A DNA stretch of 64,000 nucleotides from Nitrospirota bacterium (GTDB taxonomy: Bacteria; Nitrospirota; Thermodesulfovibrionia; UBA6902): positions 30,551 to 94,550 of the forward strand of contig JACRLN010000037.1 in the NCBI GenBank assembly GCA_016215115.1, in the 5' to 3' direction. Positions 44,224 to 54,144 of this stretch are shown here, piece by piece. The translations under genes and the position numbers were made by a program. Under the pieces are notes generated by a model, which did not search any database, was not told the DNA's origin, and saw nothing but the letters and a program-made list of their open reading frames with translations. How positions within the stretch are numbered: position 1 is the first letter of the stretch; each line of letters starts with the position of its first letter.

Positions 44224-45150
44224 TTGTTATTAAGCGCAAGTGCATCGGCGCATCATCCATCAGGCGGTGCAGGACTGGGGGAGACGGGACCTGTAAGGAC
44301 TATCTCTGCTTCAACTTTGCAGCATGATAAATGGGCTCTGGCATTGCAGTCGGAATTTATTGATTTTGATGCTTTTTCTGACAGTGAGCTTAAGGAGATT
44401 GCTCAAAGCGGTTCAGATGTCCACAGCGTTGATTCTATTTTTCACACCATCTTCAGTATGGGTTATGGAATAACCGATGATTTGACACTGAGTTTAAAAG
44501 TTCCTTATGTAGTTTTAAATAACATAAAAGAGGCACACAAAGATGAGCCGGATGAGGTCCACATTCACGGCGATTCAAAAGGCATTGGCGATCTCACAAT
44601 ATTCAGCCAGTATCGTTTTCTGAAAATGTATGACTTGAATATAGAATCATCTCTCATCTTCGGCCTGAGAATCCCTTTCGGCAGAACAAAAGCAAGAGAT
44701 ATAGACGGGGAGCGGTTTGAGACAGAGTTTCAACCCGGAAGCGGTTCCTGGAATCCTCTCGTGGGCTTAGCCGCAACAAAACGTTTTGAAAAGATGTCTC
44801 TGGACGCTGATGTGCTTTATACAATCGCAACTAAAGGGGCACAGGAAACAGATTTGGGGGATTTATTTAATTATGACCTGGCCCTCTCATACAGGGTCTT
44901 TAACAGGCCAGTTGTCTGGGATTTAATTGTTGAGGCTAATGGAGAGTGGAAGCAGAAGCAGAAAATTGATGGTGTCAAAGATAAAAACAGTGGTGAAACA
45001 GTTATATTTTTATCTCCGGCGATGAGGTTTTCATGGAGCAGAAAATGGTCAGCTTATCTCTCTGCCGGTTTCCCGGTTGTACAGAATTTAAACGGCGATC
45101 AAAATGAAACGAACATGCGAGCTCTTATTGGTATAAGCCTTGGTTTATGA
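44224..45150 (+). CDS. Outer-membrane beta-barrel protein (MetA-pathway/'transporter' OMP family, tentative)
   Basis: 308 aa; alternating beta-strand pattern and a C-terminal aromatic-rich strand. The hydrophobic signal-like residues start upstream of the only available start (TTG 44224). Confidence 0.5.
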   Translation: MLLSASASAHHPSGGAGLGETGPVRTISASTLQHDKWALALQSEFIDFDAFSDSELKEIAQSGSDVHSVDSIFHTIFSMGYGITDDLTLSLKVPYVVLNNIKEAHKDEPDEVHIHGDSKGIGDLTIFSQYRFLKMYDLNIESSLIFGLRIPFGRTKARDIDGERFETEFQPGSGSWNPLVGLAATKRFEKMSLDADVLYTIATKGAQETDLGDLFNYDLALSYRVFNRPVVWDLIVEANGEWKQKQKIDGVKDKNSGETVIFLSPAMRFSWSRKWSAYLSAGFPVVQNLNGDQNETNMRALIGISLGL

Positions 45151-45259
45151 TATTTATTGGTAAAACGGTAACCATATCCTTCTTTTCAACTTATAGCTAT
45201 GAAATCATTTAAGATATATGGTAAACTGTGTATCTAAATTTTAAAAGGAGGTGAATTGC

Positions 45260-45352
45260 TTGGGAAGTGTTGTTAAGTGGCGCAAGAAGAAGATGAGCAA
45301 GCACAAGCACAGGAAGCTTCTTAAAAGGACCAAACATCAGAGGAGAAAATAA
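45260..45352 (+). CDS. Small basic protein, ribosomal bS22 / AURKAIP1-COX24-like (30 aa)
   Basis: TTG start 7 nt after SD AAGGAGGTGA; translation MGSVVKWRKKKMSKHKHRKLLKRTKHQRRK closely resembles mycobacterial bS22 as I remember it ([21 protein letters not shown]...); not in the ORF track because it is under 60 aa. Confidence 0.7.
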   Translation: MGSVVKWRKKKMSKHKHRKLLKRTKHQRRK

Positions 45353-45502
45353 GCTTTGTTCTTATTTGTTATCTTACTTTTAAAGCATAGATTTTAAAAG
45401 GTACAGGTTTAATCCTGTTGCCTTCTCTTCAGGTTTTTCATTTCTTTTAATCTAATTAAATCCCAAATCAAAAGAATCTAAAGTCTTTTAATCCGAATAA
45501 TG

Positions 45503-45699
45503 CAATTAACCACAGAGAACACAGAGTAACATATTGTTGCAAAAAGAAAAAAATTGTTTTTTACTGCTGCTCTCTGTGCACTCTTTTATGCAAGGTTTTG
45601 TTTGATTATATTTATCATTATTAAAGAGAGGACACAGAGAATTCTTTAATAATATAAGTCTTTTAATATGTTAATAATCTCTCTGTGTGCTCTGTGGTT
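45503..45699. repeat. MITE family B copies B3 (probably two adjacent elements)
   Basis: caattaaccacagagaacacagag ... gctctctgtgcactc and gaggacacagagaattc ... ctctctgtgtgctctgtgg. Confidence 0.75.
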
Positions 45700-45739
45700 T
45701 TATATAACTGCATTTTCCGGGTTAACAATAAAAAATAGC

Positions 45740-45768
45740 TTGATAGAAAATGTCCGATGGTATATATT
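45740..45768 (+). promoter_or_regulatory. Possible sigma-70 promoter upstream of smc
   Basis: TTGATA (45740-45745) - 17 nt - TATATT (45763-45768), about 100 nt before the smc ATG; AT-rich context, so it could be a chance match. Confidence 0.3.
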
Positions 45769-45871
45769 ATTCAGAATAAAAACACATCATCTTGTGATGT
45801 GTTTGGTGTAAATTCACTATATTTAGTAGCCGCAGGCTTTAGCCTGCGTACATTAAAATAAGGAATAAACT

Positions 45872-48800
45872 ATGCGTGTAGAAAGATTGGAATTGTTCGG
45901 TTTTAAATCATTTGCAGAGAAAACGGTATTCAATTTTCATCCCGGCATAACCGCAATTGTCGGCCCTAACGGGTGCGGCAAAAGTAACATTGTTGATGCT
46001 TTCAGATGGGTCCTGGGCGAACAGAGCGCCAAGAGTCTTCGCGGTGACAGCATGGAGGATGTAATATTCCTGGGTTCTGCAACAAAGAAGACTAAAGGCA
46101 TGGCAGAGGTCACCCTCGTACTTTCAGATGTCATGAAAAATCCCACAAACGGGTCTGAAGATGATAACAGGACTGCGCTGACTGAAATCTCTGTCACAAG
46201 ACGTCTTTACAGGTCAGGAGAAAGCGAGTACCTTATGAACAAGGTACAGTGCAGGCTCAAGGATATAAAAAATATGTTTCTTGATACGGGACTTGAACTG
46301 AAGGCTTACTCTATTCTCGAACAGGGGAAGATGGATTTTATTCTGAATTCAAAGCCTCAGGACAGGAGGTTCCTGATCGAAGAAGTTGCCGGCGTAATGA
46401 AATATAAAGTTAGGAGGACAGAGGCCTTAAATAAACTTGAGGCCTCCAAATCGAATATCCAGAGGTTGCAGGATATTATTGCCGAGGTAAAAAGACAAAT
46501 TAACTCAATAGACAGACACGCGAAGAAGGCGGAGAGATACAAGAGATTGCTTGAAGAGATAAAAGATATCGAATTGCGTATTTCGAAGAGGGATTTAAAG
46601 ACAATGCAGAATGAAATATCCGCTCTTACTGCATCGGAAGAAACGTACAAAGGAAAAGAAGCTGAAGTTTACGCAAAGCTCCACGCTGCTGAGGCCTTGA
46701 TAGAGGAAAAGAAACTTTTATGCGTTGACACTGAAAAGCATCTCGGCGAAGTCAGGATGAAGCTCTATTCCCTTGAAAAAGAGATCGCCGAAGATGAAGG
46801 AAAGATTGCATTGCTTAAAAGCGACTCTGATAATTTAAAGGGGAAACACGAATCCCTGCTGAAACAGGATGGCGAGCTGACTGCTCAGAAAGAAACGGCA
46901 AGCCGATCCGTACAGGAAAAAGAAAATAAGAAAGCAGAGATGATCAGCGACCTTGAGAATTTTGAGACCATGCTTGAAGATAAAAACAGGGGGTTTGCTG
47001 ATTCTGATAACGAGATAAAAGGTTTCGAGCATGAGGTTGAAGTACAGAGGAGGAATCTTTTTAACAAGGCAGAGGAAATCAGCAGTATAAAAAACGAGAT
47101 GAACCAGTTGTCTTTCAGCATTGAAAATATAAGCAGAAAGGCGGAAAAAAGTTCGCAGGACATAAATTTCCTGAACGACAGCCTGTCTTCCCTGCAGACA
47201 GCGATTGAAGAAACTAAAAATGAACATGGCAGGGTTGCTGCTGAACTTAATGAAATAAAGCAGACAAAAGAAGACCTCGTTAATAAATTGAGAGTCAGGA
47301 AACAGGAACTCTCCGCAAACGAAGAAATCCTTTACAGTGAAAGGGAAGACCTGGCCGCAATGAGTTCAAGGTTCGAGTCACTGATGGAACTGGATCAAAT
47401 ACAGAGGAGTTCTCTTGATGAAAATGTAAAAGCCCTGTGTCAGGTTGCAGATATATTTGAGACCTCATCTCAGTATGAGACAGCTATAGAAGCGATTCTT
47501 GGAGATAAGCTGAATGCAGCAGTCGTTGAAGACCGGAATGAGGTTGCGAAGGCCCTGCAATATGTCAGAGAACAGAAATCAAAACGCAGCGGTTTTATTG
47601 CAATTGATATGCACCATGTATTTTCATCTGAACATAACAACATTGCAGGCCGCGGGATTATCGGAGAGGCGATTGGTTTTGTAACCGTAAAAGAGGGTTT
47701 TGAAAAAACAGCGGCATCGCTTTTGAGCAATGTGGCGCTTGTTGATAATCTCGACGCCGCATTCTCCCTCCGTGATTCAGACACAAACCTGAGGAAATAT
47801 TATTTTGTGACGCTTAATGGAGAAGTGCTTGAACCGTCAGGCATCGTCTTTGGCGGAAGCGGAAAAGAGGTGCTGAAGATAAAAAGGATGATAAAAGAGA
47901 CTGAACAGGATATCTCGGCAATGAAAGATAAAATCATGATTGCTGAAGAAACTGTTTCTAACAATAAGGGAGAGATTGTATCAATAGAGAATGACATGAT
48001 TTCAACTGACGCAATAATATCCGGCCAGGAGAAATTCTGCCATGCTCTGGAAGTAAAGGCAGAGAACCTGATAGAGGAAAACGACAGGATCAGGCAAAAG
48101 TATGAATATATATCTATCGAAATAAATGATGATCATGCTGAAAAAGATAATCTGGAGAATTTACTTGAAATTAAGCATTCGGAATACGGAAGGCTCGAAA
48201 GCGAAAAACAGGAGATCGAGGGGCAAATAACCTCAATTCAGGAAACAATAGCCGGCAGGAGGGAAGCGCTTGAGACACTTCGTTCGGAACTTACCGGGAT
48301 AAAACTTGATCTCACATCAACCAGGGAAAAAATGATTTCGATCGAAAGGGAAACCGAAAGGCTTAATAATTTTATCATTGAAATAGAAAAGAAAAAAGAA
48401 GAGATTTTTGCTGAATGCCTCAGTATTGAAGAAAACATAAGGCATAAAGAGCAGGGGGTAGTGGAAAAAGAAGATGCACTGAGATACAAAGTTGTTATAG
48501 TCAGTGAGTTGCAAAACGAGGTATCAAAAGTCAGCGAAATACTTGAATCAAAAACAGCAGAGCTTGCAATCATTGAAAAGCAGCAAAGATCGCTTGCTGT
48601 TGAACATGAGTCCATCCGCAACGAACTTAATCATACTGAAATGAAGAAGATGGAATTAACAATGAGGCTTAATTACCTGAGGGATGATATCAGAAAAACG
48701 TATTCTGTTGAGATCGAAACAGCGGATATTGCCGACATAGTTACGGCAGACGAAGAGGAAAATCTGACGCAGCTCAGGGAACGTCTGCAGGAAATAGGTC

Positions 48801-49393
48801 CTGTAAGCCTCGGCACGCTTGATGAGTATGAAGAACTAAAAGCACGATATGAATTCCTGTCAAAACAGCGTGATGACCTTTTTGCATCCATTGAAGCATT
48901 GCAGGATACGATACAGAAAATAAACAGAACTACACAGGCGAGGTTAAATGAGGCTTTTAACGCCCTGAATGAAAAATTCCGCGAGGTATTTACAACGCTC
49001 TTTGGAAAAGGAAGGGCGGAACTGCATCTTACGGAAGGGGATATTTTAGATGCAGGAATTGAAATTGTGGCCCAGCCCCCCGGCAAGAGACTTCAGAATC
49101 TCATGCTGCTTTCAGGCGGTGAAAAGGCGTTGACCGCTCTTTCCCTCCTCTTTGCCGGCTTTATGATAAAACCGACACCGCTATGTATATTAGACGAGGT
49201 TGATGCGCCTCTTGACGAGTCAAACACTGACAGGTTTATTAATCTGTTAAAAGAACTTTCAAAAGGAATTCAGTTTATTACCATTACCCACAACAGGCGG
49301 ACCATGGAAGCGGCCAATTATATCTATGGCATAACAATGGAAGAGCCGGGCTCTTCAAAGGTTGTTTCCATGCATCTTGCAGATTCGGTGTGA
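45872..49393 (+). CDS. smc: Chromosome segregation protein SMC
   Basis: 1173 aa; Walker A GPNGCGKSNIVDA; long coiled coils with a central hinge; signature LSGGEKALTALSLLFA; Walker B CILDEVDAPLDE. Confidence 0.95.
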   Translation: MRVERLELFGFKSFAEKTVFNFHPGITAIVGPNGCGKSNIVDAFRWVLGEQSAKSLRGDSMEDVIFLGSATKKTKGMAEVTLVLSDVMKNPTNGSEDDNRTALTEISVTRRLYRSGESEYLMNKVQCRLKDIKNMFLDTGLELKAYSILEQGKMDFILNSKPQDRRFLIEEVAGVMKYKVRRTEALNKLEASKSNIQRLQDIIAEVKRQINSIDRHAKKAERYKRLLEEIKDIELRISKRDLKTMQNEISALTASEETYKGKEAEVYAKLHAAEALIEEKKLLCVDTEKHLGEVRMKLYSLEKEIAEDEGKIALLKSDSDNLKGKHESLLKQDGELTAQKETASRSVQEKENKKAEMISDLENFETMLEDKNRGFADSDNEIKGFEHEVEVQRRNLFNKAEEISSIKNEMNQLSFSIENISRKAEKSSQDINFLNDSLSSLQTAIEETKNEHGRVAAELNEIKQTKEDLVNKLRVRKQELSANEEILYSEREDLAAMSSRFESLMELDQIQRSSLDENVKALCQVADIFETSSQYETAIEAILGDKLNAAVVEDRNEVAKALQYVREQKSKRSGFIAIDMHHVFSSEHNNIAGRGIIGEAIGFVTVKEGFEKTAASLLSNVALVDNLDAAFSLRDSDTNLRKYYFVTLNGEVLEPSGIVFGGSGKEVLKIKRMIKETEQDISAMKDKIMIAEETVSNNKGEIVSIENDMISTDAIISGQEKFCHALEVKAENLIEENDRIRQKYEYISIEINDDHAEKDNLENLLEIKHSEYGRLESEKQEIEGQITSIQETIAGRREALETLRSELTGIKLDLTSTREKMISIERETERLNNFIIEIEKKKEEIFAECLSIEENIRHKEQGVVEKEDALRYKVVIVSELQNEVSKVSEILESKTAELAIIEKQQRSLAVEHESIRNELNHTEMKKMELTMRLNYLRDDIRKTYSVEIETADIADIVTADEEENLTQLRERLQEIGPVSLGTLDEYEELKARYEFLSKQRDDLFASIEALQDTIQKINRTTQARLNEAFNALNEKFREVFTTLFGKGRAELHLTEGDILDAGIEIVAQPPGKRLQNLMLLSGGEKALTALSLLFAGFMIKPTPLCILDEVDAPLDESNTDRFINLLKELSKGIQFITITHNRRTMEAANYIYGITMEEPGSSKVVSMHLADSV

Positions 49394-49408
49394 TGAGGCA
49401 TGTCCCCT

Positions 49409-49573
49409 CTAATTATTGACTGTTTATAAAGTCGATTAATTGCCGTTTGTCATTTTTGTCATGCCCGAAGTCTTTAATCGGGCATCCAGAACTTATTAAA
49501 AAGACTGGATTCCCGCTCAACAGACTGCGGGAATGACGCTTCAGTGTTTGACTTTATAAACAGTCAATAATTA
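49409..49573. repeat. MITE family A copy A12 (complete, long form)
   Basis: Termini ctaattattgactgtttataaagtc / gactttataaacagtcaataattag enclosing gtcatgcccgaagtctttaatcgggcatccag and ctggattcccgctcaacagactgcgggaatgac. Confidence 0.9.
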
Positions 49574-49574
49574 G

Positions 49575-51170
49575 TCATCCCTTTGTTGTCTCAACAGGCA
49601 GGTCTATTATAACTTTTGTAAATTCTCCTTCAACGCTGTCTATTTTAAACCTGCCGCCATGATCTTTAATGATGCCATGGCTGATACTCAGCCCCAGCCC
49701 CGTTCCCTCACTGCCGGATTTGGTCGTAAAAAAAGGATCAATTACCTTGTCCTTTATCTCTGCCGGTATCCCGGTGCCCTGATCATAAAATGTTATCCGC
49801 ACATGGGGGTTATCCTGTACTTTTACCGTCTGAGCAGAAATCCTGAGGAGTTTACCGTTATGTTCTTCCGAATATTTCCGGTTCAGTGCATAGCATGCAT
49901 TGCTGATGAGATTCAGAAACACCTGCTCGATATGCTGCGGCTGCGCAATGATAGGGGGCAGGCCGGGAGGAGTATTTACCACAAGATTGATCCCGCCTTT
50001 TCTTATCTGTGTTTCAGTCAGGGCCAGTGAATCTGATAATATTTCACTGATATCAATAGGTTTTTTTTCCTCTTTGCTTTCACGGGCAAATGATAAAAGG
50101 CTTCTGACAATGCCGGCGATACGATCGCTTTCTTTTATGATCCTGTGTGCAATGTCGTACTCTTTGCTTCCCGCCTCGCGCCTGTTCAGCAATATTTGAG
50201 CATAATTAATAATACCGTTTATCGGGTTATTAATCTCATGCGCCACGCCTGCAGCAAGTTTGCCCACTGAAGCCAGGTGTTCGGAACGCATCAGTTCAGA
50301 ATAAAGAGTTATATTGTCGGTTACGTCGATAAGGCTGAGGACCAGCCCGCTGACCTTGCCTGCAGCATTTTTTACAGGTTTCAGGCTCCAGTCCCAGAAT
50401 GTCATTCGTTGTTCCGGATGTTCTGTATGTGTATATGGCTTAGCTTTGGCGAAGTAATGTTCTCCTGTTTCAACCACTTTACGGAAGATCACTTTATTTT
50501 CTTCAATCGGGAACAGGTCGAAGTAGTTTTTACCTTCATAGAACTCCGGCTCCTTCCCCTCATTTTTTGCATATTTGCTGTTCACCCTGATGAAGTTAAA
50601 ATAAGTATCCATATATGCAATTAAGACGTGGACGTTGGAGAAGACGTTTTCCAGAAGTTCGTTGGTTATCTTGCGTTCAGAGATCTCCTTTTCAAGCGCT
50701 TCGTTGCTCTTTTGCAGTTCCTTGGTCCGTTCTTCCACTAATTCCATAAGGAACTCCCGGTGTCTCCTTAATTCTTCCTCTATCTGTTTGCGCTCGAGGG
50801 CATACCGGATTGAACGGACCAGCAGATTACTATCTATACTGTCTTTTACCAGATAATCCTGGACGCCGAGCTGCAGGGCTGAAACAGCCGTCTTTTCGTC
50901 GTCAAGTCCGGTTAACATTACAACCGGTATCACAGGCGCAGCCTTTTTTACTTCATGAACCGAATCAAGTCCGCCGCTGTCCGGGAGGCCGATATCCAGA
51001 AGGATCACGTCATGAGTATTTTTAGATAGGGAATCGAGTCCATCCGAAAGGCTTCCGGAATGCTCAAGCGAAAAAAGCTTCAACTTCGATTCTGCGAGCA
51101 TTTCCCTTATCAGCCTGACGTCCCCGGGATTGTCTTCGATCAGGAGAATATGTATCTCTTGTTTATCCAT
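49575..51170 (-). CDS. Hybrid REC - PAS - histidine kinase
   Basis: 531 aa; REC ([13 protein letters not shown]...VILLDIGLPD); H-box AAGVAHEINNPI; HATPase motifs (GTGLGLSISHGI). Confidence 0.9.
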   Translation of the reverse strand: MDKQEIHILLIEDNPGDVRLIREMLAESKLKLFSLEHSGSLSDGLDSLSKNTHDVILLDIGLPDSGGLDSVHEVKKAAPVIPVVMLTGLDDEKTAVSALQLGVQDYLVKDSIDSNLLVRSIRYALERKQIEEELRRHREFLMELVEERTKELQKSNEALEKEISERKITNELLENVFSNVHVLIAYMDTYFNFIRVNSKYAKNEGKEPEFYEGKNYFDLFPIEENKVIFRKVVETGEHYFAKAKPYTHTEHPEQRMTFWDWSLKPVKNAAGKVSGLVLSLIDVTDNITLYSELMRSEHLASVGKLAAGVAHEINNPINGIINYAQILLNRREAGSKEYDIAHRIIKESDRIAGIVRSLLSFARESKEEKKPIDISEILSDSLALTETQIRKGGINLVVNTPPGLPPIIAQPQHIEQVFLNLISNACYALNRKYSEEHNGKLLRISAQTVKVQDNPHVRITFYDQGTGIPAEIKDKVIDPFFTTKSGSEGTGLGLSISHGIIKDHGGRFKIDSVEGEFTKVIIDLPVETTKG

Positions 51171-51318
51171 CGTAAAAAAATTACATAACGTCTAAATAAA
51201 CAAAAAAATAATGAACCTTGTAAATACGAAATTCCCTCTTTGTTTCAAGTTTCGTGCTTCGGATTTCGAATTTGCAGCTTTCTCTGTGTCTCAGCGCCTC
51301 TGTGGTTTTCAAATTAGT

Positions 51319-53367
51319 TTAACATGCCGGTTTCAGAAAACGGGGAAATTCTTTTGCCGGCAGGGGCCTGCTGAAGTGATACCCCTGCATCTCATCACAG
51401 TGGATGATCTGGAGGAATGAAAGCTGGTCTTCGGTCTCAACACCCTCGGCAACCACCCTCAGTTTCAGGCTGTGCGCAAGGTTAATCACGGCATTTGTAA
51501 TTGTCTTGTAATCAGGGTCTGTCGACAGACCGCTTATAAAGGATTTGTCTATTTTGAGCATCTGAACAGGCAATTTTTTCAGATAATTTAATGAAGAGTA
51601 CCCTATGCCGAAGTCGTCTATGCAAAACCTGACGCCTGTGTCAGCCAGTTTGTTAAAATACGGGATAGTCAAATCAATGTCCTGCATTAAGGTGCGTTCG
51701 GTAATTTCGATCCCAAGGAATTCGGGCTCCAGGCCGGTCTCTTTCAGTATTTGGGAGACTGTATCAACAAAGTCAGGCTGCTGAAAATGGCGGGATGACA
51801 GATTTACCATTATACTAACAGGTGAATATCCCGCTTTCTGCCATGTCTTGTTCTGTGTGCAGGCAGTGCGCAGCACCCAGTCATCAATTTGCGTGATAAG
51901 TCCTGTTTCTTCAGCTAAAGGGATGAACTGCATTGGCTGCAGTAAACCCATCTCCGGGTGCTGCCATCGCACAAGAGCCTCCGCGCAAAGTATCTGCCCG
52001 GTATCAATGCTTACCTGGGGCTGGTAATAAACCACCAGTTCCCCGGACTCTATTGCATTACGCAGGCTGTTCGTCAGCTTCATCCGCTCAAGAGTCCTGG
52101 CATTCATGGCGGGATTATAAAACCGGTAATTGTTCCTGCCCCGTTTCTTGGCGTTATACATTGCGGCATCGGCATTTTTCAGCAATGTTTCTACGTCAGC
52201 CCCGTCATAAGGATAGAGACTAATTCCGATACTTGCGGAAGTGTGAAGCGTATGATTGCCGATTATGAAGGGCTGCTGGAAGGCTGAAATGATCTTCCCG
52301 GCAATAGTGACGATGTCCTCTTCATTATCTGCATGCGGCAAAAGGATACCGTATTCGTCTCCTCCTATTCGGGCAATGGTATCGCTTTCACGCAGGCAGG
52401 TCTTAAGACGGCGGGAAACCGCCTGAAGCAACTGGTCTCCGGCTGCATGCCCCAGGGAATCATTTATTTCCTTGAAATTGTCGAGGTCCAGATATAGCAC
52501 CGCCACCATATGCTGGTTGCGGGACGACTGGCTCAGTGCAAGCCTGAGATGGTCTATAAAGAGAAGTCTGTTCGGCAAACCGGTCAGGATGTCATGATAC
52601 GCCAGGTGCTTTATGGTCTCTTCCATCTGCTTGCGTTTTGAGATATCAATAAGCATTCCGGATATAACATCTCCGTTAAGGGTTAAACTGAGAAGCAGGC
52701 TTTTGGTCTTTCCCGTCTTTGTAACCGCGTCAATTTCAAAGTTATTGACTTTCCCTGTTTTTATAAGAATATCAAGTAAATTTCTTCTCTCTTTCGGCGT
52801 CTTATATAGCGACAGCGCCATGACTGACATCATTTCCTCCGGCGATGAGTACTCGAGCATCCGGGCCAGGGCATTATTTGCAAAAAGGATTTCTCCTTCG
52901 AGATTCGCTTTGTAAACGCCTACGAGAGAATTGTCTACGAGGTTTTTGTATTTTTCTTCAGATTCAGCAAGCGCATCAAGGATCCGTTTCCGTTCCATGG
53001 CGTACCGCAGTGAGTGTAGCAGAAGAGTTCTGTCTATCCGGTCCTTGAGCAGATAGTCCTGGACGCCAAGCTGGAGCGCGGAAACAGCCGTCTCTTCATC
53101 GTCAAGTCCGGTGAGCATAACAATCGGAATCTTCGACGCCACTCTCTTGATCTCAGGAATAGAGTCGAGACCGCTGCTGTCAGGGAGATTCATGTCCAGC
53201 AGGATAACGTCAAAGGCATGTTCCTTGAGTTTTACAAGGCCGTCAGAAAGCGTGCCGGCGTGGTCGAACGAGTACGCCAGTTTCGACTTTTTAAGCATTT
53301 CCCGTATAAGCCTCACGTCACCGGGGTTGTCTTCTATAAGAAGGATATGTATATTTTTTTTGAGCAT
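51319..53367 (-). CDS. REC - PAS - GGDEF - EAL c-di-GMP turnover protein
   Basis: 682 aa; REC paralogous to that of 49575-51170; RIGGDEYGILL (GGDEF); CAEALVRW, DDFGIGYSSL (EAL domain). Confidence 0.9.
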   Translation of the reverse strand: MLKKNIHILLIEDNPGDVRLIREMLKKSKLAYSFDHAGTLSDGLVKLKEHAFDVILLDMNLPDSSGLDSIPEIKRVASKIPIVMLTGLDDEETAVSALQLGVQDYLLKDRIDRTLLLHSLRYAMERKRILDALAESEEKYKNLVDNSLVGVYKANLEGEILFANNALARMLEYSSPEEMMSVMALSLYKTPKERRNLLDILIKTGKVNNFEIDAVTKTGKTKSLLLSLTLNGDVISGMLIDISKRKQMEETIKHLAYHDILTGLPNRLLFIDHLRLALSQSSRNQHMVAVLYLDLDNFKEINDSLGHAAGDQLLQAVSRRLKTCLRESDTIARIGGDEYGILLPHADNEEDIVTIAGKIISAFQQPFIIGNHTLHTSASIGISLYPYDGADVETLLKNADAAMYNAKKRGRNNYRFYNPAMNARTLERMKLTNSLRNAIESGELVVYYQPQVSIDTGQILCAEALVRWQHPEMGLLQPMQFIPLAEETGLITQIDDWVLRTACTQNKTWQKAGYSPVSIMVNLSSRHFQQPDFVDTVSQILKETGLEPEFLGIEITERTLMQDIDLTIPYFNKLADTGVRFCIDDFGIGYSSLNYLKKLPVQMLKIDKSFISGLSTDPDYKTITNAVINLAHSLKLRVVAEGVETEDQLSFLQIIHCDEMQGYHFSRPLPAKEFPRFLKPAC

Positions 53368-53433
53368 ATGGATAACTCAATTATATTAATATATCATTCT
53401 GGATTTCGGCGTGACTTTTTGCCCATCTTGCTT

Positions 53434-53515
53434 GTCACCCTGAGCCTGTTGCGTCATAGTTCGACAAGCTCACCCTGACAGTCCATGTGTCATCCTGAGG
53501 CTGTCGAAGGATGAC
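53434..53515. repeat. Hairpin repeat family D (GTCACCCTGAGC / GTCATCCTGAGG..CGAAGGATGAC)
   Basis: gtcaccctgagcctgttgcgtcatagttcgacaagctcaccctgac and gtcatcctgaggctgtcgaaggatgac; shares ttcgacaagctca..ctgac with the in-CDS copy at 28762-28783. Confidence 0.7.
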
Positions 53516-53575
53516 CCTCTATTTTCTGGTCAATGACGTTAATGTCACCTTCTTGGTGACCGCACTTATATCATA

Positions 53576-54022
53576 TCACGTTTTTTTTGGCAGTTTCACG
53601 ATAGAGAACCAGAAATCCTCAATCGCATGCACCACTTTTATAAACTGCTCGAGATTTACCGGTTTTGTGACATAACAATTTGCGTGGAGGCTGTAGCTTT
53701 TCAGGATGTCTTCCTCAGCCGCTGAAGTGGTTACAATAACCACAGGGATGTGCTTGAGGGCGGTGTCATTCTTGATCTCATCAAGCACCTCGCGGCCGTC
53801 TTTCCCCGGAAGGTTCAAATCGAGCATAATGAGGTTCGGTTCCGGGGAGCCGGAGTATTTGCCTTCTCGGCGGAGAAAAGACATCGCTTCTTCTCCGTCA
53901 TATACGACGTGCAAATTGTTATGAACCTTGGAGTCCTTCAGCGCCTCCTGCATCAGGCGCACATCACCGGGATTGTCTTCTACGAGGAGGACTTCAATCG
54001 GGTTCAATGTATGTCTGTCCAT
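53576..54022 (-). CDS. Single-domain response regulator (CheY/Rcp1-like)
   Basis: 148 aa; [30 protein letters not shown] motifs. Confidence 0.9.
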   Translation of the reverse strand: MDRHTLNPIEVLLVEDNPGDVRLMQEALKDSKVHNNLHVVYDGEEAMSFLRREGKYSGSPEPNLIMLDLNLPGKDGREVLDEIKNDTALKHIPVVIVTTSAAEEDILKSYSLHANCYVTKPVNLEQFIKVVHAIEDFWFSIVKLPKKT

Positions 54023-54061
54023 GGTTATTCACCTCTCTTAGTTAAATAGTATTTATAGCTC

Positions 54062-54130
54062 GTAAGCCTGGAAGTGCGTAAGAGCGGAAGGAAAAAACTT
54101 TTATCCCTCCGTACTTCCGAGCTTCCGGAC
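54062..54130. repeat. GGAAG-type imperfect inverted repeat (intergenic relative of 42881-42956)
   Basis: ggaagtgcgtaagagcggaagg ... cctccgtacttccgagcttccgg. Confidence 0.6.
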
Positions 54131-54144
54131 TTTTTTCTCTTTAC

